IMG/VR virus record: IMGVR_UViG_3300045988_027679
Location: 1 to 42,869 of that record
From: a virus
Reading direction: 5' to 3' (one strand)
Length of the DNA stretch: 42,869 bases
The notes beneath the pieces were generated by a model. The model saw nothing but the letters and a program-made list of their open reading frames with translations, was not told where the DNA came from and searched no databases. A program made the translations under genes and the position numbers. Shown one piece after another: positions 26,840 to 33,737 of the stretch. Numbering within the stretch: the first letter of the stretch is position 1; each line of letters starts with the position of its first letter.

Positions 26840-27700
26840 TTATTTCTTCGCTGCCGTACCAGTCTTGCCCTGACTGCGGCTCATTGCCTGCTGCGCCTTA
26901 TTCTTTGCATCGTCGGCTGCTGCCTGCGCCTGCTTTGCGATTGCTTCCTGCTGCTTTGGCTTCTTGAAGGTCTCCTCTACGGTGGTCGTGCCTTCCTTGA
27001 TGGCGTTGTACACACCGCCCAGCTTCTGAATGTCCTCTGCCGTGACTTCCTCGGCTGATTTTCCGCCAAGGTAATCAAGCAGAATAAGGTCTGTTACCTG
27101 GTAGGCTTGGAAGCAGGTTACGCAGCTTTTCCACTGGCTCTTAACGCCAATCTGCTTGATGTGCTCGAGAGCCTTCGCCTGCACTTCCTTCACTACGCTT
27201 GATATTAAGACCTGTGGCACGACCTTGCAGATTGCGTTACGCTGTGCGATTGCCACAGCTGCATTGCCAACTACCACCTGCATGTCCTGCGAATAGGTGT
27301 AGCCTTTCGACGTCAGAATGCTGCGCTTAACTTCTACAGAGTAGGCAACGTTGCTCTCGAGGTCATGGCAGACGCCTTGTGCCGTGATGGTCTTGCCATC
27401 GTTTGCGATGATGCGACCTGCGATGCGCAGGTTCTTCCAGCAGGCAGAAATGATTTCCGTGAATCTCACGCTCGGACCCTCAATAATCGATACATGACCA
27501 TCCTTGTCCTTGCGCTCAAGATGATAAAAGCAGTTGTAGGCTACATCATCGTCCATAGCTGCCAATGCTACCATGTTCTGCTTGCATTGCGTGATGTCTC
27601 TCGGGAACTTGTGCGCTGTTGCAATCTGTCCGTCAATCTCCGAGCGGTTGATAGCTTCCAGCATTTCGCCACCGCTTACTTGGATAATTTCATTTTCCAT
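26840..27700 (-). CDS. Putative single-strand annealing/recombination protein
   Basis: 286 aa in the same operon as the YqaJ-like exonuclease, with a basic low-complexity C-tail. I could not assign a family (RecT, Erf or Rad52-like) by eye. Confidence 0.4.
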   Translation of the reverse strand: MENEIIQVSGGEMLEAINRSEIDGQIATAHKFPRDITQCKQNMVALAAMDDDVAYNCFYHLERKDKDGHVSIIEGPSVRFTEIISACWKNLRIAGRIIANDGKTITAQGVCHDLESNVAYSVEVKRSILTSKGYTYSQDMQVVVGNAAVAIAQRNAICKVVPQVLISSVVKEVQAKALEHIKQIGVKSQWKSCVTCFQAYQVTDLILLDYLGGKSAEEVTAEDIQKLGGVYNAIKEGTTTVEETFKKPKQQEAIAKQAQAAADDAKNKAQQAMSRSQGKTGTAAKK

Positions 27701-27745
27701 AATTCGTTCTTTTTACTGTTCAACTTATTGTTCATTAAACTATAG

Positions 27746-27822
27746 TGGAAGGCTGGGGATTCGAACCCCAGTTGACTGCCAAAACTTACCCCCCCTTGCC
27801 AGCTGCCGAGGGATGCCCTTCC
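27746..27822 (-). ncRNA. tRNA-like element: canonical T-arm and acceptor stem, no canonical D or anticodon arm
   Basis: The minus-sense sequence is GGAAGGG...UGGGG-UUCGAAU-CCCCA-GCCUUCC-A. It has a perfect T-stem/loop and 6 of 7 acceptor pairs. The intervening 45 nt do not fold into a cloverleaf in my hands. Confidence 0.4.
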
Positions 27823-27827
27823 GTTGT

Positions 27828-27922
27828 AGGGCGCACGCTGTCAAATTTCCGCATATCTTGAATAAACACTAACCGTTCCAACTTGTATGATTCTTTGCGT
27901 GCGCCCTGCCCACCGCTGTGGG
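27828..27922 (-). other. Structured noncoding segment upstream of the tRNA-like element
   Basis: An 11-bp perfect GC-rich inverted repeat, AGGGCGCACGC (27828-27838) and GCGTGCGCCCT (27897-27907), has a 58-nt spacer. A second hairpin CCCAC-CGCT-GTGGG lies at 27909-27922. Confidence 0.6.
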
Positions 27923-27966
27923 GATTTTAGTTTCAAATAACCGTTATAACTATTCATCTATGGAGC

Positions 27967-28311
27967 CTAATAAACAAGTTGATCCATAAGAATGTCGAGC
28001 CTGCTTTCGTTAAAAGCGTCCATCTGGTCTTGGTCTGCGTACTGGCTGTTCCCCTCCAACCAGTCGTCCATCACGTCTTGATAGTTAACGCAGCCCTCGA
28101 TGGCTTCCTCAAGACGCTCGCTTTCGTTGTTGCTATTCTTGTGCGTCACGACAGCTACGTTCCCGGTTCTGTCGCACCATACGCAGATGTCGCCTGCCTT
28201 GGTCTTGATGTCTATCCGTGCAACCGCTGGTTGCTGTGGTTCACGGTCTATCTCCAGCCAGATGGCATCGTACATCTTCTTCCTGCACTCTTCGATAATA
28301 TTCGGTCTCAT
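27967..28311 (-). CDS. Hypothetical early protein
   Basis: 114-aa ORF with a 4-nt overlap to the upstream gene. Confidence 0.7.
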   Translation of the reverse strand: MRPNIIEECRKKMYDAIWLEIDREPQQPAVARIDIKTKAGDICVWCDRTGNVAVVTHKNSNNESERLEEAIEGCVNYQDVMDDWLEGNSQYADQDQMDAFNESRLDILMDQLVY

Positions 28312-28685
28312 TTGTTGCCTCCTTCCTTTGGGAACAAATCATCAATATACAACCAGCTTTCTATTCCGTAATGATCGTCAAAGTTACGCAAATGCTCTAC
28401 AACAAAACCAGAGTTGAACAAAGAAAGATTACCATTAATCTTAACAAGTACTCTTTTGCCAAGTTTTGGTTCTTCATCAGCAGAATGCCACAAGTCCTTT
28501 AAAAACTCATTAATAGCCCACTTAGCACCATCCTTAAACAACTCTGCGCCAAACTCTTGGCAGAAATGATGCTGACCATCAGCCTCTGTATCTTCATTAT
28601 AAGACATTATAGGTAAGTCTTGCTCATACAAGTCTGCTGCTCCTTGTGCAGCTTCTTCTATTTTCTTTTCGTCAATCATGTTCAT
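28308..28685 (-). CDS. Hypothetical early protein (C-terminal DUF551-like pattern)
   Basis: I placed the start at MNMIDEKK, an ATGA overlap with the upstream stop. LWHSADEEPKLGKRVLVKING resembles the DUF551 W..ee.P..g..VLv motif, from memory. Confidence 0.6.
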   Translation of the reverse strand: MNMIDEKKIEEAAQGAADLYEQDLPIMSYNEDTEADGQHHFCQEFGAELFKDGAKWAINEFLKDLWHSADEEPKLGKRVLVKINGNLSLFNSGFVVEHLRNFDDHYGIESWLYIDDLFPKEGGNK

Positions 28686-28918
28686 CCTTTGTTTAAATAG
28701 TTGAAGAATGTCAGACGTGCGTCCGCAAGCGTCTGCTTGTTGAACTCGCTCATCGGGAGCACCGGTATTCCGTCCAGAGACAAACAAAGCATGTTGTCGA
28801 ACTCCCTAACCTGGATGCGTCTTTCAGCTTCCTTCATAGTTGCCAGTCGCTTGCTGTCCTTTCGCTCCTGCTCCCACTTGGCGGTAAGCTGCTTCGCTTT
28901 TTCGTAGGCATTCATCAT
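28682..28918 (-). CDS. Hypothetical early protein
   Basis: 78-aa ORF with coupled overlaps on both sides. Confidence 0.65.
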   Translation of the reverse strand: MMNAYEKAKQLTAKWEQERKDSKRLATMKEAERRIQVREFDNMLCLSLDGIPVLPMSEFNKQTLADARLTFFNYLNKG

Positions 28919-29112
28919 AGGGCAATCCTCCAGACTTTTTTAATCTCGCTGCCCTCGAAAACCTTGCGGTTGTCGATTCTGCGGAACTTGACCTTAATCT
29001 TTCCAGCCTGCAACCATCTGCGCAGGGTGTTGCGATGGATGCCCAGTACCTTGCAGGTCTCTGTCATTGTGTATCTGCCTGCATCAGCTACCTTTGGTTC
29101 TTCGTTCGTCAT
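28915..29112 (-). CDS. Excisionase-family/MerR-type HTH protein
   Basis: YTMTETCKVLGIHRNTLRRWLQAGKIKVKF is the classic excisionase-type winged-helix pattern; 65 aa. Confidence 0.7.
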   Translation of the reverse strand: MTNEEPKVADAGRYTMTETCKVLGIHRNTLRRWLQAGKIKVKFRRIDNRKVFEGSEIKKVWRIAL

Positions 29113-29113
29113 A

Positions 29114-29206
29114 CTAAGCCCTCCAAAAGATTAAAGTTAGTAACATGGTGACAAATACCAGGGATAACACTTCGTCACTTGTGATAATCTCGATAAACTT
29201 CTTCAT
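29114..29206 (-). CDS. Small membrane peptide (30 aa; internal ATG of track ORF 29114..29323)
   Basis: MKKFIEIITSDEVLSLVFVTMLLTLIFWRA has one transmembrane segment. Its ATG is preceded by TTTAAACATTCAG at a 5-nt distance. The longer track ORF overlaps the Cro-like gene. Confidence 0.45.
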   Translation of the reverse strand: MKKFIEIITSDEVLSLVFVTMLLTLIFWRA

Positions 29207-29238
29207 ACGCTCTGAATGTTTAAATTGGTTCGACTTGA

Positions 29239-29481
29239 TTACTTGCGCACGGCTGCACGTCTCTTCTTTGGTGTAATCACTCCAGCCTTGATAAGACATA
29301 CACGCACGTTCTGCTGGGTGCAACCAACATGCTGCGACACTGCGAGCATTATTCTGCTGTCCGATGTCTCGGCAGGTGCCTTTGCTCGGAAATCTGCAAA
29401 CATCGCTATGATGTTTTTCTTTCGTTCGTCCTGCTGCTTCTGCAACGGTGTTCGAAAATCGTAATTGAAATTTTCTCCCAT
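29239..29481 (-). CDS. Cro-like HTH regulator, first gene of the leftward lytic operon
   Basis: 80 aa, divergent from the repressor gene, with an HTH-like segment IMLAVSQHVGCTQQNVRVCLIKAG and a basic tail. Confidence 0.6.
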   Translation of the reverse strand: MGENFNYDFRTPLQKQQDERKKNIIAMFADFRAKAPAETSDSRIMLAVSQHVGCTQQNVRVCLIKAGVITPKKRRAAVRK

Positions 29482-29486
29482 TTTTA

Positions 29487-29517
29487 TTTGTATTTTAAAT
29501 TATTTTCTTTATCTTTG
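29487..29517 (+). promoter_or_regulatory. Rightward (lysogenic) promoter
   Basis: -33 TTTG at 29487-29490 and -7 TAtcTTTG at 29510-29517, with 19 nt between them. Confidence 0.6.
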
Positions 29518-29553
29518 CAAATGAGTTTTTAAACTCGTTCTGTAATTCGGTTG

Positions 29554-29585
29554 CAAAAATACAATAAAATATTTATATCCACAAA
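29554..29585 (-). promoter_or_regulatory. Leftward (lytic) promoter
   Basis: On the minus strand, -33 TTTG lies at 29585-29582 and -7 TAttTTTG at 29561-29554, with 20 nt between them. Confidence 0.6.
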
Positions 29586-29593
29586 CATTTGTG
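29580..29593. promoter_or_regulatory. Palindromic operator candidate
   Basis: CACAAA-CA-TTTGTG is a perfect 6-bp inverted repeat overlapping the -33 element of the leftward promoter. Confidence 0.45.
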
Positions 29594-29643
29594 TTTATAT
29601 TTATAAATTGTTTACTTTAGTTTTAATTTATTTAGAATTAACT

Positions 29644-30000
29644 ATGACTGGTGAAGAAATGAAAACATATTTGAGGCAGAGAGGGTTATCTCTTGCTTCT
29701 GTTGCTGAAGAACTGGGCACAAGCCCACAAAATCTGAATGGCAAGTTAAAGGCTAAAAGTCTGAAATCGGACTTTATATCTGCAATAAAGGCAATCATCG
29801 ACAGATGCGCCCCTCCCCTACCAGCCGAGATGGAAGAGGCTGTCATGGGATCAAATATCAATGGCTCGAACAGTTCCAACGTTTCCCAGTCAATAGGTAG
29901 TGATGCTGCCTTGGCTGCTGAAAACAAGCTGCTGCGAGAACAGAATGAGTTCCTGCAAAGTCAAGTAAAAACGTTGCTTGCCATTGTCGGGAAGAGATAA
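29644..30000 (+). CDS. CI-like repressor (XRE-type HTH)
   Basis: HTH segment LSLASVAEELGTSPQNLNGKLK and a C-terminal zipper-like helix LLREQNEFLQSQVKTLLAIV. I chose the ATG at 29644 because the track start 29551 lies in the AT-rich promoter region. Confidence 0.7.
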   Translation: MTGEEMKTYLRQRGLSLASVAEELGTSPQNLNGKLKAKSLKSDFISAIKAIIDRCAPPLPAEMEEAVMGSNINGSNSSNVSQSIGSDAALAAENKLLREQNEFLQSQVKTLLAIVGKR

Positions 30001-30024
30001 CAAAATAACTCAATTATAATTAAT

Positions 30025-30471
30025 ATGAAAGATGAGGATTTCATTGAGCGGAAGGAGAAGGTTCTTCTTGCCGCCCTCGGGAAAAGCTGGCTATGGAAAG
30101 CCAGCAGGTTGATAATAGGTATCATCCCTCCAGTGGGTGCGCTTGTAATGCTGATTCACTGTTCCCTGCTCTCGTTCGGCTATCGTGTAAAGCTCACGGA
30201 GTGGATATTCGACTGCTCGCTGTTCGGGTTCATCGCCTGGATCATCGTCAGCCTAGCCTATGGCTTCTGCTGGGTGCATCGAGCGTTCGCTACCTACGGA
30301 GTGCTGATCTCCTTCTGCATCGACTTCCAGCGTTCCTTCGGGTTCGGTGTCTTGCGCCATCCGCTGCACCTGCTGATGGTCGCCCTAGGGCTGCTGCTCT
30401 TCTTCGTCTTCATCAAGAAAAAGGCTTGGAATGAGTTCTACGATAGAAATATTAATCATTTAAACAATTAG
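30025..30471 (+). CDS. Polytopic inner-membrane protein (lysogen-expressed cargo)
   Basis: 148 aa with about 4 hydrophobic helices (LIIGIIPPVGALVMLIHCSLL, CSLFGFIAWIIVSLAYGFCWV, GVLISFCIDF, LLMVALGLLLFFVFI), in an operon with the repressor. Confidence 0.7.
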   Translation: MKDEDFIERKEKVLLAALGKSWLWKASRLIIGIIPPVGALVMLIHCSLLSFGYRVKLTEWIFDCSLFGFIAWIIVSLAYGFCWVHRAFATYGVLISFCIDFQRSFGFGVLRHPLHLLMVALGLLLFFVFIKKKAWNEFYDRNINHLNN

Positions 30472-30476
30472 GCTAT

Positions 30477-30995
30477 ATGAAAAAGATAATAATTTTATTC
30501 GTGCTTGCGCTTGCGTGCGTGGGTGTGCGTGCGCAAACACTTCTTTCAAGGAGTTTCGAGCTATCACCATCGGTTAGCTATACTGTGTTTGAACCTAAAA
30601 AAGATACCGTTTATTATTGCAGGATAGTACGTGTTGTCACTACAAAAGTTACGGATAGCTTCTATCTAAAATTTGACGGATGGAACAAACTTGTTGGTGC
30701 GTTGAATTTTATGCTGTCGCTTGAGGGACAGGAAAAAGGGAGAAAATACCAAATCGGCTCTTCATTGAACAAGAATACCGTAACGACTGGAAAGCAGGAT
30801 GGGTTTCTCTTTATACCTTCGGAAGAAGGACTGACTATCTCCAACGGTGACGAGGTTCCTAGTCAATTCGCCTTTTATAGTTATTCTGATATAGCTTACA
30901 TCCTCAAAGGTTTAAATATCGAAGCTAGGTTGAAAAAGCAAAAGAAACGTGATGCTCGGAACAGTAGCGATATAGACGATGCCTACAAATATTGA
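30477..30995 (+). CDS. Secreted/periplasmic protein with a signal peptide (lysogen-expressed cargo)
   Basis: The N-terminus MKKIIILFVLALACVGVRAQ looks like a signal peptide; 172 aa. Confidence 0.7.
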   Translation: MKKIIILFVLALACVGVRAQTLLSRSFELSPSVSYTVFEPKKDTVYYCRIVRVVTTKVTDSFYLKFDGWNKLVGALNFMLSLEGQEKGRKYQIGSSLNKNTVTTGKQDGFLFIPSEEGLTISNGDEVPSQFAFYSYSDIAYILKGLNIEARLKKQKKRDARNSSDIDDAYKY

Positions 30996-31170
30996 TTACC
31001 TTCTCACCTACGAGGAATACCTGCCAGTGCTCACCCCTTCCGAGGTGGATGGACTGCTGGCTTCTCGCCCCTCGCTGGCTCAGTTGCAGGACTGGTCACA
31101 AAGATTGAATAACCATCGGGCAAGGCTGGATAGCGTTTTCAGTCGTGCCTACAAAAAGTTAAATGAATAA
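30979..31170 (+). CDS. Small hypothetical protein
   Basis: 63-aa ORF overlapping both neighbours (17 nt and 8 nt). Confidence 0.5.
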   Translation: MPTNIDYLLTYEEYLPVLTPSEVDGLLASRPSLAQLQDWSQRLNNHRARLDSVFSRAYKKLNE

Positions 31171-31507
31171 TATGGAAGATAAAAATCTGATGTCCGCTGA
31201 TGTGGATATAGCCGTGCGCTTCTTTGATGCCCTCGACCGATTGAAGGCTGACGGCTGCATAGGCGGTCTTAAGGCGATAACGGACCGGTACGGTCTCAAC
31301 CGCTGGAACGCCATATCCCTTCGAGACAAGCCTGCCGAGTGCTACGGTCGCTTCCGTCCGTCCTGGGTTCAGTTCCTGGTCCGTGATTACCATGTCAACC
31401 CATACTGGCTGCTCCTTGGAGAAGGTGATTTCTATTCGGCTGGTTTCAATGCTGAAATAGTAAAAAAACTGCAAGCCGCCTGCAAAAGCAAGAAGAAGCC
31501 TGCGTAA
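31163..31507 (+). CDS. HTH-type DNA-binding protein
   Basis: The segment VNPYWLLLGEGDFY resembles the end of XRE-type HTH domains common in Bacteroidota regulators; 114 aa with a basic tail. Confidence 0.5.
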   Translation: MNNMEDKNLMSADVDIAVRFFDALDRLKADGCIGGLKAITDRYGLNRWNAISLRDKPAECYGRFRPSWVQFLVRDYHVNPYWLLLGEGDFYSAGFNAEIVKKLQAACKSKKKPA

Positions 31508-31542
31508 CTTTCATATTCTCAACTCGTTGCAAATACTTCTTG

Positions 31543-31550
31543 TATTTTTG
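31543..31550 (+). promoter_or_regulatory. Possible -7 box TAttTTTG upstream of the integrase
   Basis: It sits inside the hairpin GCAAATAC-TTCTT-GTATTTTTGC, about 145 nt upstream of the int ATG. There is no clear -33 element. Confidence 0.3.
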
Positions 31551-31695
31551 CCATAAATTGAGGATATTTAATACTTTCGCCCTTTCCCTGCTGGGCTTGG
31601 GCTAGTTAATAACCAATCGCAGCCGCTTGGAAGATTGCACTATCTTGCTGCATTCTGCTCCTTGCGGCTGCATATAAACTGCATATAAACTGAAT

Positions 31696-32865
31696 ATGGC
31701 TACACTAAGGTTATATCTTGATACTCGCTCCAAGCGTGCCGATGGTACGTCTGCGATTAGGCTCGCCGTAAACAACCACGGCAAAACCGCATACATCTCC
31801 CTAGGGCAATACGTGAGGGCTGATGAATGGGATAAGCGTCTGTGTCGTGTGCGCAAGCGTTCCGATAAGGATGCACTCAACGACTTCCTGCTGGACCGTC
31901 AGAACTTCTACAACCGAATCTTGATGCAGGTGCAAAGCAAGCAGACCTATCGTGGCAATATGACCGCCATCGCACTTCGTGATTTGCTCCTGCGTGAGGC
32001 TGACCCAAACGCAGGCATTATAACCCTGCGAGAAATGTTCCAGCGGTATACCTCAAAGGAAATGCGACAAAGCACCAAAAACAACTATCTTGCCACTTGG
32101 CGGACCATCGAGCAATTCGATAAGGCTGCTTCCTCGCTCACTTTGGAAGATATTAACCGTGATTGGGTCGAGCGGTACAATCTGTATCTGCTAGGTCTTG
32201 GACGCTCCCACAATACCCGAACGGTGCGAATACGTCATATTGCAGCCGTCTTTAATTACGCAATAGATAACGAGCTAACGAATAACTTTCCTTTCCGCAG
32301 GCTCAATCTATCGCTGGATAGCACTCGGAACAGAGATTTGTCGGTCGAGGAGATACGAGATATTTTCACGGCTGATGTTCCGGAACGTAGAAGATGTCTG
32401 CTGGACGCATTCAAGGCGATGTTTTTCTTGATCGGTATAAATCTACACGATATGTACGACCTCACGCCTGCCAACGTCATAGATGGGCGCATTGAGTACG
32501 TAAGACTAAAGACTGGGAAAAGGTACTCCATACTTATCCAGCCCGAACTACTGGAGATAATGAAGAAGTACCAAGGTACTCGCCATCTGTTTTCATTCTG
32601 CGAGAAGTATAAGAATGCTAATTCGTTCAGCATCTCAATGAACAATGCGCTGCGTTCCCTGCGTGATGGTCTTACGACCTATTACGGACGGCATACGTGG
32701 GCAACACTCGCCTTCAACCTTGGAATACCAAAGGACGTGGTGTCGCTTGCGCTGGGTCACTCGTTCGGTGTCCGGGTAACTGATACATACATCAATGCAG
32801 ACCTATCGAGAGTAGATGAAGCAAACCGCAGGGTTATTGATTACGTGCTATACAACAAGAAATAG
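31696..32865 (+). CDS. int: Tyrosine recombinase / phage integrase
   Basis: The N-terminus MATLRLYLDTRSKRADGTSAIRLAV fits the Bacteroidota Arm-type DNA-binding pattern. The C-terminus carries GRHTWATLA (HxxR), LGHS and TDTYI (catalytic Tyr region). Confidence 0.85.
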   Translation: MATLRLYLDTRSKRADGTSAIRLAVNNHGKTAYISLGQYVRADEWDKRLCRVRKRSDKDALNDFLLDRQNFYNRILMQVQSKQTYRGNMTAIALRDLLLREADPNAGIITLREMFQRYTSKEMRQSTKNNYLATWRTIEQFDKAASSLTLEDINRDWVERYNLYLLGLGRSHNTRTVRIRHIAAVFNYAIDNELTNNFPFRRLNLSLDSTRNRDLSVEEIRDIFTADVPERRRCLLDAFKAMFFLIGINLHDMYDLTPANVIDGRIEYVRLKTGKRYSILIQPELLEIMKKYQGTRHLFSFCEKYKNANSFSISMNNALRSLRDGLTTYYGRHTWATLAFNLGIPKDVVSLALGHSFGVRVTDTYINADLSRVDEANRRVIDYVLYNKK

Positions 32866-32984
32866 CCCTTATTTCTTGCGAATTTGCCGCAGAAACGGCT
32901 CAAATTGTTTTCGGGGATAGTTTTACGTGCTTACCACGTAAGCGGCTCAGAACGCAAATTTCTGGGCAAATCGAAAAAAGAGTA

Positions 32985-33059
32985 CAAAAAAATACCCCAG
33001 CGGTGAAAAAGTCGAGCCGCTGGGGTAATAAGTGGAGACCACTTTAAACATTCAGTGAT
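32985..33059 (-). ncRNA. Candidate ~75-nt sRNA (own promoter, 5' seed, intrinsic terminator)
   Basis: The predicted RNA is AUCACUGAAUGUUUAAAGUGGUCUCCACUUAUUACCCCAGCGGCUCGACUUUUUCACCGGCUGGGGUAUUUUUUU. It starts just downstream of a consensus promoter and ends at a GC-rich hairpin plus U-run. Confidence 0.45.
32994..33025 (-). terminator. Intrinsic terminator ending the accessory operon / the sRNA
   Basis: The minus-sense sequence CCCCAGC-GG...CC-G-GCUGGGG forms 7 + 2 bp with one bulge, followed by UAUUUUUUUG. Confidence 0.7.
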
Positions 33060-33060
33060 G

Positions 33061-33092
33061 CAAAGGTACGCTTTTCCTTTGAAACCACCAAA
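33061..33092 (-). promoter_or_regulatory. Consensus Bacteroides-type promoter immediately after the RHH gene stop
   Basis: On the minus strand, -33 TTTG lies at 33092-33089 and -7 TAccTTTG at 33068-33061, with 20 nt between them. Confidence 0.5.
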
Positions 33093-33248
33093 TTATTTAC
33101 CGAAAAATTTCTTTCTCAACAAATCATTGATGAATCGTGACTTGTTGGGTAATGCGTTGAGGAAAGGCAGCAGGTCGTTGTCTATCTGTATGCCTACGAG
33201 GGTAACCGTCTTGCCTGCCCCCTTCTTGGTACTCTTAATCTTTGCCAT
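33093..33248 (-). CDS. Ribbon-helix-helix (CopG/Arc-like) DNA-binding protein, 51 aa, not in the ORF track
   Basis: My own translation gives MAKIKSTKKGAGKTVTLVGIQIDNDLLPFLNALPNKSRFINDLLRKKFFGK. It shows a beta-strand then two helices, and the ATG lies 3 nt after the upstream stop. Confidence 0.6.
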   Translation of the reverse strand: MAKIKSTKKGAGKTVTLVGIQIDNDLLPFLNALPNKSRFINDLLRKKFFGK

Positions 33249-33251
33249 ACA

Positions 33252-33527
33252 TCAATCCTCCTCTGAATAATCGAGAATGACCGCATCGCCAGCGATATAA
33301 TCACCCTGCAAGCACCCTCTTTGTTGCAAACAAACAGTTGCCGCAATATTGCGCTTCATCTGCATCGCCTTGCCATCCTCATTGATATACATCGCCTTTC
33401 CGTTCTGCAGGTCTATGCGCTCGATAAAACCGCTCACGAATCCTTGAAGTTCCTCCAAGGTAAATTTGCCACCGCTGGCAGGCTTAACGGTCATCTGCTC
33501 GCCAGTCGCTCTAATAAGTGTTGCCAT
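33252..33527 (-). CDS. DUF3846-like protein
   Basis: IRATGEQMTVKP...TLEELQGFVSGFIERIDLQNGKAMYINEDGK matches my memory of the DUF3846 pattern, which is common in phage/plasmid early regions. Confidence 0.55.
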   Translation of the reverse strand: MATLIRATGEQMTVKPASGGKFTLEELQGFVSGFIERIDLQNGKAMYINEDGKAMQMKRNIAATVCLQQRGCLQGDYIAGDAVILDYSEED

Positions 33528-33733
33528 AATCTAATAATTATATTATTGTTTAATACTCTTTCTTTGAAGGATTCATAATCCTCTTCTGTGTAAATAGTAA
33601 CGGTGTCACCATTAAAAGGTGCATCAAGCTTTATAACTGTCCCATTTTGGCTTTCTCGGAAAAACAAAATGTGTTCTTTGTTTACTAGAATCTCACGATA
33701 TGCGTTAGATTTCACTTTGATAAACTTTGCCAT
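33491..33733 (-). CDS. Hypothetical small protein
   Basis: 80-aa AT-rich ORF with a 37-nt overlap to the downstream gene. Confidence 0.55.
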   Translation of the reverse strand: MAKFIKVKSNAYREILVNKEHILFFRESQNGTVIKLDAPFNGDTVTIYTEEDYESFKERVLNNNIIIRLWQHLLERLASR

Positions 33734-33737
33734 ATTC

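Noticed and set aside
27746-27822. Functional tRNA or tmRNA gene
   Set aside because: Only the T-arm and acceptor stem are canonical. I could not build D and anticodon arms, position 8 is C, and the available 220 nt are too short and lack the features of a tmRNA. It is kept as a tRNA-like element instead.
29551-29643. Upstream start for the repressor ORF (MQKYNKIF...)
   Set aside because: The extension lies in the AT-rich promoter/operator region and would encode a hydrophobic junk N-terminus. The ATG at 29644 gives a normal HTH repressor.
31619-31695. attP upstream of int: inverted repeat GCAGCCGC...GCGGCTGC and tandem CTGCATATAAA x2
   Set aside because: The repeats are short and sit between a putative promoter and the int start, so they are more simply read as int regulatory or leader sequence. 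They are not excluded, but support is weaker than for the downstream region.
33058-33270. Plus-strand 71-aa ORF antisense to the RHH and DUF3846-like genes, preceded by the leader motif and ATG
   Set aside because: There is no plus-strand promoter. It lies downstream of a hairpin after int, and the minus-strand RHH reading frame is far more protein-like. It remains the main alternative explanation for the opposite-orientation motif copy, and is relevant if the segment inverts.
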